A stretch of DNA of 64,000 nt, from contig CAWKCZ010000003.1 of the NCBI GenBank assembly GCA_963848285.1, positions 964,009 through 1,028,008 of the forward strand, in the 5' to 3' direction. A program made the position numbers and the translations under genes. This document shows positions 39,477 through 49,451 of the stretch, one piece after another (positions within the stretch are counted from its first letter, which is position 1; each line of letters begins with the position of its first letter). The notes below the pieces were generated by a model. It did not search any database. It was not told the DNA's origin and saw only the letters and a program-made list of their open reading frames with translations. Source of the DNA: an uncultured delta proteobacterium. GTDB taxonomy: Bacteria; Desulfobacterota; Binatia; Binatales; Binataceae.

Positions 39477-42400
39477 TTATACACCCGCCGGCGCCATCTG
39501 AGTATCGCTCGCCGAATGCAGCGTGCCGCTGCGCAGGCGGCGCTCGGCCAGCATCGCGAAGAACACCGGCACCAGCACCAGCACATGAATCGTCGAGGTG
39601 ATCATGCCGCCGACGATCGGCGCCGCGATCGGCTTCATGACATCTGAGCCGACGCCCGTTTCCCACAAAATCGGCGCGAGGCTGATCATCACCACCGCGA
39701 CTGTCATCAGCTTGGGCCGCAGGCGATGCACCGCGCCCTCGATGATGGCGGCTTCGATCGCTTCCACATCGAGTGGACCGCGCGCGCGGCGCGCTTCGAG
39801 CGCTTCCTGCAGGTAGATGACCATCACGACGCCGGTCTCGACCGCGATGCCGAACAAATCGATGTAGCCGACGGCGACCGCGACACTGAAATTGAAGCCC
39901 ATCAGGTACTGCAGGATGAGACCGCCCGTCAGCGCATAGATGCACGGAAACAGCAGCATCAGTGCTTCGGTGGTCGAATCGAACAGCACATATAGAAGTA
40001 TGAAGATCGCCGCGAACACGATCGGCACGATGATGGTCAGGCGGCGGCGAGCGCGCAGCTCGAATTCATATTCGCCCGCCCACTGCACCGAATAGCCCGC
40101 CGGCAGCTCCAATTTGGCGTCGAGGATTTTCGCGGCTCGATGCACGTAGCCGCCGTAATCCGAGGTTGCGAGGTCGACATACACATAGCCGGTCAGTTCG
40201 CCGCCTTCGTCGCGAATCATCGAAGGCCCCGGTGAGAGCGAAATTGTCGCGACCTCGCCGAGCGGAATCTGCGCGCCACTCGGAGTCATGATGAGCACGC
40301 GGCGCATCGCGTCGAGACTGTCGCGATAGTCCTTCAGGTAGCGCACGCTGATCGGAAAGCGTTCGCGGCCGTTGATGACGGTCGAAATATTCTCGCCACC
40401 AATGGCCGACGAGACCGCCGTCTGCACATCGCCCACAGTCATTCCGTACCGTGCAACCTCCGCACGATTCGGCGTGACGTTGATGTAGAAACCCTGGTTG
40501 ACGCGCTCGGCAAAAACTCCACGCGTGCCGGGCGTTCCGCTCAGCAGCTCCTCGATCTGCGCGCCGATGCGCTGGATCTCGCCGAGTTCCGGCCCCTGCA
40601 CCTTGAGCCCGACCGGAGTCTTGATGCCGGTCAACTCCATGTCGAGGCGATTTTCCACCGGCATGGTCCAGGTGTTCGAAATTCCCGGAAAGTTGAGCTT
40701 CTCGTTCATCGCGCCGATGAGCCCGTCGTAGGTCATGCCTTTCGGCCACGCGCTGCGCGGCTTCAGCATGATGGTGGTGTCATACATATCCATCGGCGCG
40801 TTGTCGGTCGCGCTGTCCGAGCGGCCGACCGTGCCGAACACGCTTTCGACCTCGGGAAAACTGCGGATGATCCGATCCTGCTTCTGCATGATGTCGGTCG
40901 CCGAGGTGATCGAAATGCCGGGCAGCGCGGTTGGCATGTACACGGTGGAGCCCTCGAACAACGGCGGCATGAACTGGCTGCCGATGCCGAACGCGAGCGG
41001 CAGCGTGAGCGCGAGAAACATCAAGTTGGCCGCGATCGTCAGCCATCGATGGCGCAGGCACCATCTGATGACCGGAAGATATAGCCACTGGAAAAAGCGC
41101 GCGAGCGGGTTTTCCGATTCGTCGCGAATCCTGCGCCCCCGAATCAGCATCACCATCAAGACCGGCACGATTGTAATCGCCAGAATCGAGGAAAACGTGA
41201 TGGCGAAAGTTTTGGTCCACGCGAGCGGCCGGAACATCCTGCCTTCTTGCGCTTCGAGCAAAAAGATCGGCATGAACGAGATCAGGATGATCAACAGCGA
41301 AAAGAAGATCGGGCGTCCCACCTGCTTGGCCGCGTTGAGCAGAACCTCGATGCGGCGCGGCTCGCCGAGCATTGGATCGATTTTCCGCGCTTCGCTCAAA
41401 TGACGATGGCCATTCTCTACCATCACGATAGAGGCATCGACTAAAACGCCGATCGCGAGCGCGAATCCTCCCAGCGACATGATGTTCGAGCTGACCCGCA
41501 GGAAGTACATCGGGATGAACGATGCGAGTAGCGCCAGCGGGATGGTGAGAATCGGGACCAGCGCGGAGCGGAAGTGCAGTAGGAAAATCATGATGACGAT
41601 GCTGACGACGATTGCCTCTTCAATCAGATCGCGGCGCAGCGTGTCGATGGATTCCGCGATCAGCGGTCCGCGATCGTAGGCGGTGACGATCTGCACGCCC
41701 TGAGGCAGCGTCCTCTCAACCTCGGCGATTTTGGTCTTCAGCGCAGTGATGACCCGCAGTGCGTTTTCGTTGTCGCGCATCACCACGATGCCGCCGACCG
41801 CCTCGCCCTCACCGTTCCAGTCCGCGACGCCCTCGCGGATGTCGGGGCCGAAGCTCACCACGCCCAAATCGCGAATGAGAATCGGAGTGCCGTTGTTGGC
41901 GCCGACCGCGATTTGCTCGAGGTCCGACAGCGAGTGGATATAGCCGAGGCCTCGCACCTGGTATTCGGCGCCGGAGATTTCCAGGACGCGTCCACCGACT
42001 TCACTGTTGCTGTCGCGAATCTTCTGGATGACGGTCGGCAGCGCCACCTTCAGCGCGAGCATCCGGTTGGGATCGAGCTTGACCTGGTATTGCCGGATGA
42101 AGCCGCCGATCGATGCGATTTCGGCCACGCCCGGAACGGTTTCCAGCACATAGCGAATTTTCCAGTCCTGCAGTGCGCGCAAGTCGGCCAGGCTGTGGCG
42201 ATGGCTCTTGTCGATGAGCGCATAGTGAAAAATCCATCCTGCGCCGGTCGCATCGGGACCGATCATCGGACTGACTCCCGGTGGCAAGCTGCCGCCTTGA
42301 AGCTGCTGCAGATATTCGAGCACGCGGGTGCGCGCCCAATAGAGGTCGGTGCCGTCCTCGAAGACGACATAGACATAGGAATCGTTCGGCATCGTCTGCG

Positions 42401-42650
42401 CGCGAACGGTTTTCACATGCGGCGCTGCCAGCATGGTGGTGACAATCGGATAGGTCACCTGGTCCTCGATGATATCGGGCGGCTGCCCCATCCACGCGGT
42501 GTGGACAATGACCTGGACATCGGAAATATCCGGCAGCGCGTTGAGCGGGATGTTGTTCATCGCTCCGAAGCCTGCAATGACAAGTCCCGCAACGAGGATA
42601 AACATCGGGAAGCGATTGTGGATGCACCAATCGATAGTTCGGTCGATCAT
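39477..42650 (-). CDS. heavy-metal-efflux RND permease, CusA/CzcA family
   Basis: An intact 1057-aa ORF with the 12-TM RND architecture. The TM4 region SLGGFALAIGVLVDASIVMVENGHRHL resembles the CusA-type A-x-G-x-x-V-D-A-x-I-V-M-x-E-N motif as I remember it (not DFG-DGA). It sits in an operon with an adaptor and an outer-membrane factor. Confidence 0.95.
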   Translation of the reverse strand: MIDRTIDWCIHNRFPMFILVAGLVIAGFGAMNNIPLNALPDISDVQVIVHTAWMGQPPDIIEDQVTYPIVTTMLAAPHVKTVRAQTMPNDSYVYVVFEDGTDLYWARTRVLEYLQQLQGGSLPPGVSPMIGPDATGAGWIFHYALIDKSHRHSLADLRALQDWKIRYVLETVPGVAEIASIGGFIRQYQVKLDPNRMLALKVALPTVIQKIRDSNSEVGGRVLEISGAEYQVRGLGYIHSLSDLEQIAVGANNGTPILIRDLGVVSFGPDIREGVADWNGEGEAVGGIVVMRDNENALRVITALKTKIAEVERTLPQGVQIVTAYDRGPLIAESIDTLRRDLIEEAIVVSIVIMIFLLHFRSALVPILTIPLALLASFIPMYFLRVSSNIMSLGGFALAIGVLVDASIVMVENGHRHLSEARKIDPMLGEPRRIEVLLNAAKQVGRPIFFSLLIILISFMPIFLLEAQEGRMFRPLAWTKTFAITFSSILAITIVPVLMVMLIRGRRIRDESENPLARFFQWLYLPVIRWCLRHRWLTIAANLMFLALTLPLAFGIGSQFMPPLFEGSTVYMPTALPGISITSATDIMQKQDRIIRSFPEVESVFGTVGRSDSATDNAPMDMYDTTIMLKPRSAWPKGMTYDGLIGAMNEKLNFPGISNTWTMPVENRLDMELTGIKTPVGLKVQGPELGEIQRIGAQIEELLSGTPGTRGVFAERVNQGFYINVTPNRAEVARYGMTVGDVQTAVSSAIGGENISTVINGRERFPISVRYLKDYRDSLDAMRRVLIMTPSGAQIPLGEVATISLSPGPSMIRDEGGELTGYVYVDLATSDYGGYVHRAAKILDAKLELPAGYSVQWAGEYEFELRARRRLTIIVPIVFAAIFILLYVLFDSTTEALMLLFPCIYALTGGLILQYLMGFNFSVAVAVGYIDLFGIAVETGVVMVIYLQEALEARRARGPLDVEAIEAAIIEGAVHRLRPKLMTVAVVMISLAPILWETGVGSDVMKPIAAPIVGGMITSTIHVLVLVPVFFAMLAERRLRSGTLHSASDTQMAPAGV

Positions 42651-42666
42651 TTGGTCGCGCCTCCGC

Positions 42667-44125
42667 CTACATTCCGCCCGAGGCGGTGACGTTGGTTTGC
42701 AGCGTCGCGACCTGCTGGCCGGCCTTGCTCGCGCTCACCGAGACTTGCCATCCGCCGCCGCTGTCGAGGTTGATGTTCGCGAGGTAGGTGCCATTGCCCT
42801 GTCCACTCGCAGTCGCGACCCGGCGCATCGCGGCCATCGCCATCGCGGGCATCGGCGGCATGTAGAAAGCCACCGATACGTTCGCATCGTCGATCGGGGC
42901 GCCGAAGGAATCCCGCAGCACCACCGTGATGCGGTTCTTTCCTTTCTGTGGGGGACTCGGTTCGGTCTTCATTTCGATGGTGGCGGTTTGCGCCGCGGCC
43001 TGGCCCGCCGCGCTGGCTCCCGAAGGCGGTGGCACGTAGGCGCCAACGGCGGCTTGCAGTTGGCTTTCCGAATCGACGAGGAAATTCGCCGAGCTCACAA
43101 TCCGATCGCCTGCGGCGAGGCCCTTGCGCACGACGATTCCGTTGCTGAGGTGCGCGCCGAGTTCGAGCTCGCGCGGTTCGAGGTAGCCGTCGCCGCGATC
43201 GACGAATGCGATGTTATGCAGTCCGGTCTGGAGCACGCTCGCGTCGGAAATCAGGATGCCGCGGCCGAGGCGCTGCTTGAGCTTGACGTTGACGAACATT
43301 CCGACCTTGAACTCACCCGCGGGATTGCGCAGGTTAATGCGAACCTTGGCGGTCCGCGTCATCGGATCGAGCGCCGCCCAGATGAAATCGACCGCGCCTT
43401 TGAACTCGCGCCCCGGATAGGTATCCAGACTGATTGTTACCGGGTCACCGCGTTTGATCTGTGCGATCTGGTTCTGAAAGACCGCCGCATAGACCCACAC
43501 CGTCGAGAGGTTAGCGATGGTGAACAGCCGCATCGAGGGTTCCGCGTAAGCGTTCGGGAACGCCTGCCGATCGAAGATGTAGCCGCTGGTGGGCGCGACA
43601 ATCGCGATCTCATCGCGCGCTTTTCCCTCGCGCACAAGGCGCTCGATCTCACTCGCCGGCACGCCGAACAGCTGGAGCCGTTCGAGCGATGCGGACTCGA
43701 TGGATGTAGCACCGGATGCGACACCGTCGACGGAACTCTTCGCCAACGCTTTCGAATCGCGCGCCGCCAGCAGGTACTCATTCTCGGCGCTCACCAGGTC
43801 CGGGCTGTAGATAGTGAACATCGGCTGCCCCTGCTTCACGTACTGCCAGGTCTGGTCGGCGAAGATGCGGTGGATCCATCCCGAAAATCGCGTCTGCACA
43901 TAGGTCGCGGATTGCTCATCGGTCTCGACGGTGCCCGTCGCGCTGATGTTATCGACCAGGTCTTGCTCACTCACGGTCGCGAATTGCAGTCCGATGAGCT
44001 GCTGGCGCGCCGGCGGGATCAGGATCGGCGCCAGCTTGGCTTCGTCCTGAGCTGCTTCCAGCGCAACCGCGTGTGCCATCGTGAGCGGCGACTACGATTA
44101 GCCAACCGGCGTGTCGAAGGTTCAT
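42667..44125 (-). pseudogene. RND periplasmic adaptor (CusB-like membrane fusion protein) with an extra C-terminal FixH/YtkA-like domain; the frame is broken once in the signal peptide
   Basis: The ATG at 44125 (ATGA overlap with the OMF stop) gives MNLRHAGWLIVVAA. Shifting near 44085 joins it to LTMAHAVALEAAQDE... The core reads QQLIGLQFATV...TGTVETDE...VQTRFSGWI...VKQGQPMFTIYSPDLV. The last ~105 aa read RITVVLRDSFGAPIDDANVSVAFYMPPMPAMAMAAM...GTYLANINLDSGGGWQVSVS. Confidence 0.85.
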
Positions 44126-45392
44126 AGATTTTCCCCGATTATCTGTTCGATGCGCGCGATCGCGATTTCCCGATCCGTGACCGCGCGGAAGTATTCCTCG
44201 TTCATGTTCAACTGCTCGATCGCCGCCGAGAGCAGCGTCTGAAAGTCGACGCGGCCGGTCCGATACGACGCCATCGCGGATTCGAAAGCCGCGCGCGCCT
44301 GTGGCAGCAGACCATCGCGATAGAGATTCATCACGCGGTCCTGCGTCTTGATCGAAATCCAATCGCGATCGATTTCGCTGATCGCATCGAGTTTGCTTCC
44401 GCGCAGGCGCGCCTTGGCGGACTCGTGCTCGAGCGCGGCCTGTTCGACCGCAGGTTTCTGCTTGCGCCAGAAGTAGAGGGGAATCTTCGCGCCGAGGGAG
44501 AGCAGGTAGTAATCGCGAAAGCCCGGGCCGGTCTTTTGATACGTGTATCCAGCGCTGAAATCAGGAATGTAGTCTTCCTGCGCGAGCTTGAGCGAGATTT
44601 CGCTCTTGGCGGCGTCCGCTTCCGCCATCCGGACCTCGGTGGGAGTTTCCGCCGCCATTTCGATGAGCCGGTTGCGATCGACGTTCGAGGGAATCAGCGT
44701 CGGCGTCAGTTCCGAAACCTCTACATTGCGCGCGTCGACCTCGCGTCCGAGGATCGATTTCAACGTGATCTGACGCTGCGCCATTTCCTGCCGCGTCATC
44801 TCCAGTTCCTTGAGCATGGCGGTCGCGGCCAGTTGCGCCTTGATCAGGTCGGGCTGCTGCCCCTTGCCTACGCGATATTGTTCCTCGGTAAATCGCGCGA
44901 TGTCGGTGAGTTGTTCGCGGCTGGCCGAGAGCAATCCGAGGCGCTGCGCGAGGAAATACAGCTCGAAGCAATTCTCGCGGACCTTCTCCGCGACCTCCCG
45001 CTGAGCCTCCTCGAATTGCTGGTGCGCGATTTCCGCATCGCGCGAGGCCGCGTCCCCGCGCAGTCGCAGCTTGTCCGGCCAGGGAATTTCCTGAGTCGCG
45101 CCGAAGCCGGTATAGAAAAAGTCGCTGGTCTCGTACCCCTCGAACGGCTTCGGTCCACCCACGGTGAGCTGCTGAAAGCGAAATCTCCGGATCAGGCAAC
45201 GTGGCCGCCTGGATCGGCATCTTGTCCTGTGCTCGATAGTGTTGGAACGCCGCGACCACCGAAGGATTATGTTCGACCGCCTCGGCCACGATCGCATCGA
45301 TCTGCGAATTGGCCGCCCAACCAGTGCTCGGTATGCGCGAGCGCGCCGAGGGCGACTGCGAGCGCAAGCGCCCGACGAAAAACTTCTCTCAT
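44122..45392 (-). pseudogene. outer-membrane efflux factor (TolC/CusC family), with the frame broken twice near the 5' end
   Basis: The ATG at 45392 gives MREVFRRALALAVALGALAH (signal). Frame 2, from ~45325, reads PSTGWAANSQIDAIVAEAVEHNPSVVAAFQHYRAQDKMPIQAATLPDPEI. Frame 3, from ~45175, reads FQQLTVGGPKPFEGYETSDFFYTGFGATQEIPWPDKLRLRG... and runs to the stop. Both OEP repeats are present. Confidence 0.8.
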
Positions 45393-45528
45393 ATGACACC
45401 CGAAAACGATCGCTCACGGCGCGAGTGACAAGGTGCACGTCATGCGCGGAATTGTTCGATTGACATCGGCACGACCGCTTAGCGGCGCCGTGCGAGCGTG
45501 TCAGGTTACGAACGAATGTTTCGGGCGC

Positions 45529-45888
45529 TCAGAGTTGAAGCGAACAGAGAGTGTTCCGCAGATAACGCAGAGGCGGAGACCATTGTACGGCTCTGCTCGT
45601 GAAATGGCGCTGAGGTGAAGGTACGAAAATGGTGGCGAGTGGAATTGTCGCGACCCTGGAGATCGTCGAGTCCGAGCTCGCCAGGTGGAGCGCCGGCGCC
45701 ACTTCGCCATCCTGAATGGCGGTGCCGACGGCGCAGCATTCGTTGGCGCCATGCGCAGGGGGCCGCGGGCAATCTTTCGAGCAGCATTCGAATGCGCGCG
45801 CGCTGGCGATCGCGGCGAGACACGAGGTCAAGCCACCACCGAACATCAGTGCCACAAGGACAAGTATTGTCGAAAACCGCCGCATCAC
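45529..45888 (-). CDS. small Cys-rich exported/membrane protein at the head of the RND operon, function unknown
   Basis: The 119-aa ORF has an N-terminal hydrophobic segment (ILVLVALMFGGGLTSCLAA), then FECCSKDCPRPPAHGANECCAV. It is on the same strand as the OMF gene and ends 136 nt upstream of it. Confidence 0.45.
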   Translation of the reverse strand: MMRRFSTILVLVALMFGGGLTSCLAAIASARAFECCSKDCPRPPAHGANECCAVGTAIQDGEVAPALHLASSDSTISRVATIPLATIFVPSPQRHFTSRAVQWSPPLRYLRNTLCSLQL

Positions 45889-46047
45889 GAGGTCGCCCTA
45901 GATGCTATGCGCGTTCAACATATGACTCAACTGGAGTCACTCAACGTTCGGCCTTTGAATGATGCGAAGCGCTACACTCGAGGGACTTCTATTATCGGCC
46001 GGTCTGGGTTATTGCTTCGGCATCATTCACATCATGAGAGGAATGCG

Positions 46048-47243
46048 ATGGACTTCGAAATGAGCCCGAGACCAAGGAGTACTATCCGAAGGTCGACGCC
46101 TTCATGCAGGAACACGTCCTGCCCAACGAAAACAAAATCGATCACGAAGTCGAGACTCTGGGTGAAAAGTTCAACGAATCGCCGACTATGAACGACATCC
46201 GTAAGAAGGCCAAGGCGCACGGCCTCTGGAACCTTTTCCTGCCCGATCCCAAGCATGGCCCGGGGCTGAACAACTTCGAGTATGCCCCATTATGCGAGCT
46301 GATGGGCCGCAGTTTTTACGGCGCGCGCGCCTTCAACTGCATGGCGCCCGATACCGGCAACATGGAAATCCTCGCCGAGTTCGGCACCGACGAGCAGAAG
46401 AAGAAGTGGCTGCAGAAATGCCTCGATGGCGAAATCCGCACCTGCTTCTCGATGACCGAGCCCGATACTCCAGGCTCCGATCCGACCCAGCTCAAGACCC
46501 GCGCGGTTCGCGACGGCGACAATTACGTCATCAACGGGCGCAAATGGTTCACCTCAAATGCGATCGGCGCGGCCTTCGCCATCGCGATGGTGGTTACCGA
46601 TCCCGAGGCCGAACCGCATCGGCGCGCGAGCCAGATCATCGTGCCGCTCGATACTCCCGGAATGAAAGTCGTACGGCCGGTTCCCGTAATGGGTCATACC
46701 GGTGGCGGTGGGCATTGCGAGGTGCTCTACACCGATTGCAAAGTTCCGATCACGGCGCTGCTGGGTGAGGAAGGCGGCGGCTTCGCGATTTCGCAGGCGC
46801 GCCTCGGTCCCGGCCGCATCCATCATTGTATGCGCACCATCGGCATCGCCGAGCGCGCCATCGAGCTGATGTGCAAACGCGCTAACACGCGGTGGACGCA
46901 TGGCAGCTACCTCGCGGACAAGGCCAACATCCAGGAATGGATCGCCGACTCGCGCATCGAGGTCGACTCGACCCGCCTGATGGTGATGAACGCGGCGTGG
47001 AAGATGGACCATGAGGGCAAGCGTAACGCGCGCAACGAAATCGCCGAGATCAAGGTGATGGCGGCCAACATGGTGATGCGCGTCCTCGATCGCGCGATCC
47101 AGCTTTATGGCGCGGCGGGCGTGAGCGACGACTATCCGTTGGCGCGTTTCTGGCGCGACAGCCGCGCGCTACGCATCGCGGACGGCCCCGACGAAGTGCA
47201 TCGGATGACGATCGCGCGTCGCGAACTGAGGAAGTGGAAGTGA
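46048..47243 (+). pseudogene. acyl-CoA dehydrogenase (ACAD10/11- or FadE2-like subgroup), with the frame broken once near the 5' end
   Basis: The ATG at 46048 gives MDFEMSP. Shifting near 46068 gives TKEYYPKVDAFMQEHVLPNENKIDHEV... The body contains CFSMTEPDTPGSDPTQL, INGRKWFTSNA and RIADGPDEVHRMTIARREL. Confidence 0.85.
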
Positions 47244-47304
47244 CCGCGTTGGCATAGCCAAGCGGTCATCCTGAGCGCAGCGAAGGATCTGCGCGAAGCG
47301 ATTC

Positions 47305-47346
47305 GAACACGGCGGCCTCCCTAAGGTCGCCGTGTTCATTTTTCTC
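47305..47346 (+). terminator. Rho-independent terminator after the acyl-CoA dehydrogenase gene
   Basis: GAACACGGCG (47305-47314), a 13-nt loop, CGCCGTGTTC (47328-47337), then ATTTTTCTC. Confidence 0.7.
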
Positions 47347-47354
47347 GTTCCGCA

Positions 47355-48137
47355 CTACCTCAGCGGGACCGCACCGTGGACCCAGCCGACCAGCGAATAT
47401 CGTGCCCCGCGAAGCACCGGTTTGACCCGATGGAGCATGAAGGAAGGGAAGACCGTGATTGAGCCGAGCTCGTTGCTAGCTGTGCGTTTCGAGTAGCCAT
47501 TGAGGAATTGAAGTTTCCCGCCCCAATATGCTTCGGGAGCGCTGAGTTGTACCGAAAACGAAAGTTTGCGCGTGATGTTCATGCCCGGCCCCACGTCAAC
47601 GTGCCAGATGTAATGCCCCCCGAGCCCATATTCGATGAATTGCAACTTTACCAATGGCAAGAACTCATAGTGCCAGCGTGCCGAATTGGCGGCTGCGATC
47701 CCCGCCATGATCTTCGCGAAGACCCAGTCGTTACCTTGATCGCGCGCCATCTCGGCGACGCTCGCATTTCGCACCCAGCGTCTAAGTCTTGTGGCGGTGC
47801 CGACTTTGACGCTGGCGGGCGACTGCGATAAGGCCAAACCAACTCGCACGATCTCGGAACATTCGCGGGCCGTGAACACCGGTTGTGTGGAGGTCTCATG
47901 ATGATAGGGATCGGGCCAGGTCTGCGCGGGCGTCGCGTCGGGGCATGGCACATCCACCGAGCCATGCGTTTGCGGGTCCTGTGGGTTTCCGCGTCCGAGA
48001 GTCACACGCAACCGCCTCTGCAATTTAAGCGATGAAAGGCTTCCCGCAGCATCAATTCCCATTGTACATCGACACGACATCGAATATGTGGCGCAGACAG
48101 AGTGATGTGCAAGCGTGAGTGCACTTGCAAGAATCAT
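47355..48137 (-). CDS. 2-oxoglutarate/Fe(II)-dependent oxygenase (prolyl-4-hydroxylase-like)
   Basis: The ORF contains GGHYIWHVDVGPG (HxD), SVQLSAPEAYWGGKLQF and ITVFPSFMLHRVKPVLRGARYSLVGWV (distal His and the Arg/Ser 2OG-binding residues). The true start is probably internal (Met at 48080 or 48062), because the longest ORF overlaps the divergent ligase start. Confidence 0.7.
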   Translation of the reverse strand: MILASALTLAHHSVCATYSMSCRCTMGIDAAGSLSSLKLQRRLRVTLGRGNPQDPQTHGSVDVPCPDATPAQTWPDPYHHETSTQPVFTARECSEIVRVGLALSQSPASVKVGTATRLRRWVRNASVAEMARDQGNDWVFAKIMAGIAAANSARWHYEFLPLVKLQFIEYGLGGHYIWHVDVGPGMNITRKLSFSVQLSAPEAYWGGKLQFLNGYSKRTASNELGSITVFPSFMLHRVKPVLRGARYSLVGWVHGAVPLR

Positions 48138-49419
48138 CGAAGCTGCGCCGCGTTACGCGGGTTTGCTCAGGTCGCAATACTGGTGCCCGGGGCAACTCGA
48201 GGCGTACCGCGCGCGCCAGCTCGAAAGCACCTTCCGCGCGGCATTGAGGATTCCTTTCGATGCCGAGCGATTCGGCGCCGCGCCGCGTGCCGATAACTTG
48301 TCGGCGCCAGTGTTGCGACGCTCCGAGGTCGAGTCGCTCTACCGTTCGGTGCTGTCGCTCTATCCGACCGGCAGTCGCTTCGTCTCGGAGCGCTCCTCGG
48401 GCACCAGCGGCGTCGCGGTCACCTTGCTGTTCGACGCGAGCCATCAGGCGGGCCGCAATGCTGCAAGGATTCGCTTCCTGCGAATGCACGGATGGAATCC
48501 GCTCCGTCGCAGCGTTTGGCTGATGGCCTCGTCGCTGGTTGCCGCGCGCAATCCCGACTACCAGGGCCTCGGGGAATTGATTCGATGGTTTGCCTCCTGG
48601 TTTGGAGTGAAATTCATCGCGACCACGACACCATTTCCCGAGCAGGTGCAATTGCTCGCGCGTCTGCAGGCGTTTTCGGTCTACGCCTTTCCGCACAGCA
48701 TCGACGGCATTCTGCACACGCTGGCCGAGACCGGACAAACCCTGCCCGCGCTACGACTGCTGATGAGCGGTGGCGAAGCGGTAGATGATTCATTGCGCGA
48801 GCGCGCCCGCGCCCAGTTGGGTCTCGAGGTATGCGACAATTATGGTTCGACCGAAGCGTTCCTCGCGTTTCAGTGCCCGACCGGCAGTTACCACATCAAC
48901 GCGGAACACGTGGTACTGGAAGTCGTTGACGAAGCCGGCCATGCCGTCGCTCCAGGCCAGATCGGCCGGGTCCTCGTGACCACGCTCCAGAATCGCCTGA
49001 TGCCCCTGGTGCGCTACGAAATCGGCGACTACGCCGTTGCTGGGTGTGGGGAATGCGCATGCGGCCGCACGCTGCCATTGCTCGGCCGAATCCTCGGACG
49101 GCAGGTTAATCTGTTTCGAAGAATCGACGGCAGCCTAATGTCGGGATGGGCGGCGATCGGAACATTGAGAAACCTGCCGGACCTGAAGACGTTTCAGTTG
49201 GTACAGAAATCGATCTTTCAGTTTTGTCTGCGCTATGTGTCCGATCGGCCAATGAAGCCGGAAGAGCAGGCGCAGGTTCGGTTGAAGTTCCTCAGCGACC
49301 TCGGAGAACGAGTCGAGGTGGCATTCGAACAGGTCAACGAAATCCCGCGCGCCGCGAGCGGAAAATTCATGGTAACCGTGTGCGAGGTGCCACCTAGAGT
49401 CACGGCTGCCAGCATCTGA
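48115..49419 (+). CDS. adenylate-forming enzyme of the phenylacetate-CoA ligase / F390 synthetase (PaaK/CapK-like) family
   Basis: The 434-aa ORF contains SERSSGTSGVAVTLLFD (P-loop-like SSGTSG), LMSGGEAV, NYGSTE, GRVLVTTLQNRLMPLVRYEIGDYA and a C-terminal SGKF motif. Confidence 0.75.
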   Translation: MSALARIIEAAPRYAGLLRSQYWCPGQLEAYRARQLESTFRAALRIPFDAERFGAAPRADNLSAPVLRRSEVESLYRSVLSLYPTGSRFVSERSSGTSGVAVTLLFDASHQAGRNAARIRFLRMHGWNPLRRSVWLMASSLVAARNPDYQGLGELIRWFASWFGVKFIATTTPFPEQVQLLARLQAFSVYAFPHSIDGILHTLAETGQTLPALRLLMSGGEAVDDSLRERARAQLGLEVCDNYGSTEAFLAFQCPTGSYHINAEHVVLEVVDEAGHAVAPGQIGRVLVTTLQNRLMPLVRYEIGDYAVAGCGECACGRTLPLLGRILGRQVNLFRRIDGSLMSGWAAIGTLRNLPDLKTFQLVQKSIFQFCLRYVSDRPMKPEEQAQVRLKFLSDLGERVEVAFEQVNEIPRAASGKFMVTVCEVPPRVTAASI

Positions 49420-49451
49420 CCAGGGCCATGTTCCAGTGAGAATCGTCGGCT

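Noticed and set aside
45464-45482. A sigma-54-like GGCACG...TTAGC element upstream of the OMF gene region
   Set aside because: It is on the wrong strand for the operon, the spacing between the GG and GC elements is off by one, and the -12 element is not TTGC.
47266-47294. GTCATCCTGAGCGCAGCGAAGGATCTGCG, which resembles a dispersed intergenic repeat word I associate with soil-bacterial genomes
   Set aside because: There is only one copy in this window. The resemblance is from memory and cannot be verified here, and the adjacent hairpin (47305-47346) is sufficiently explained as a terminator.
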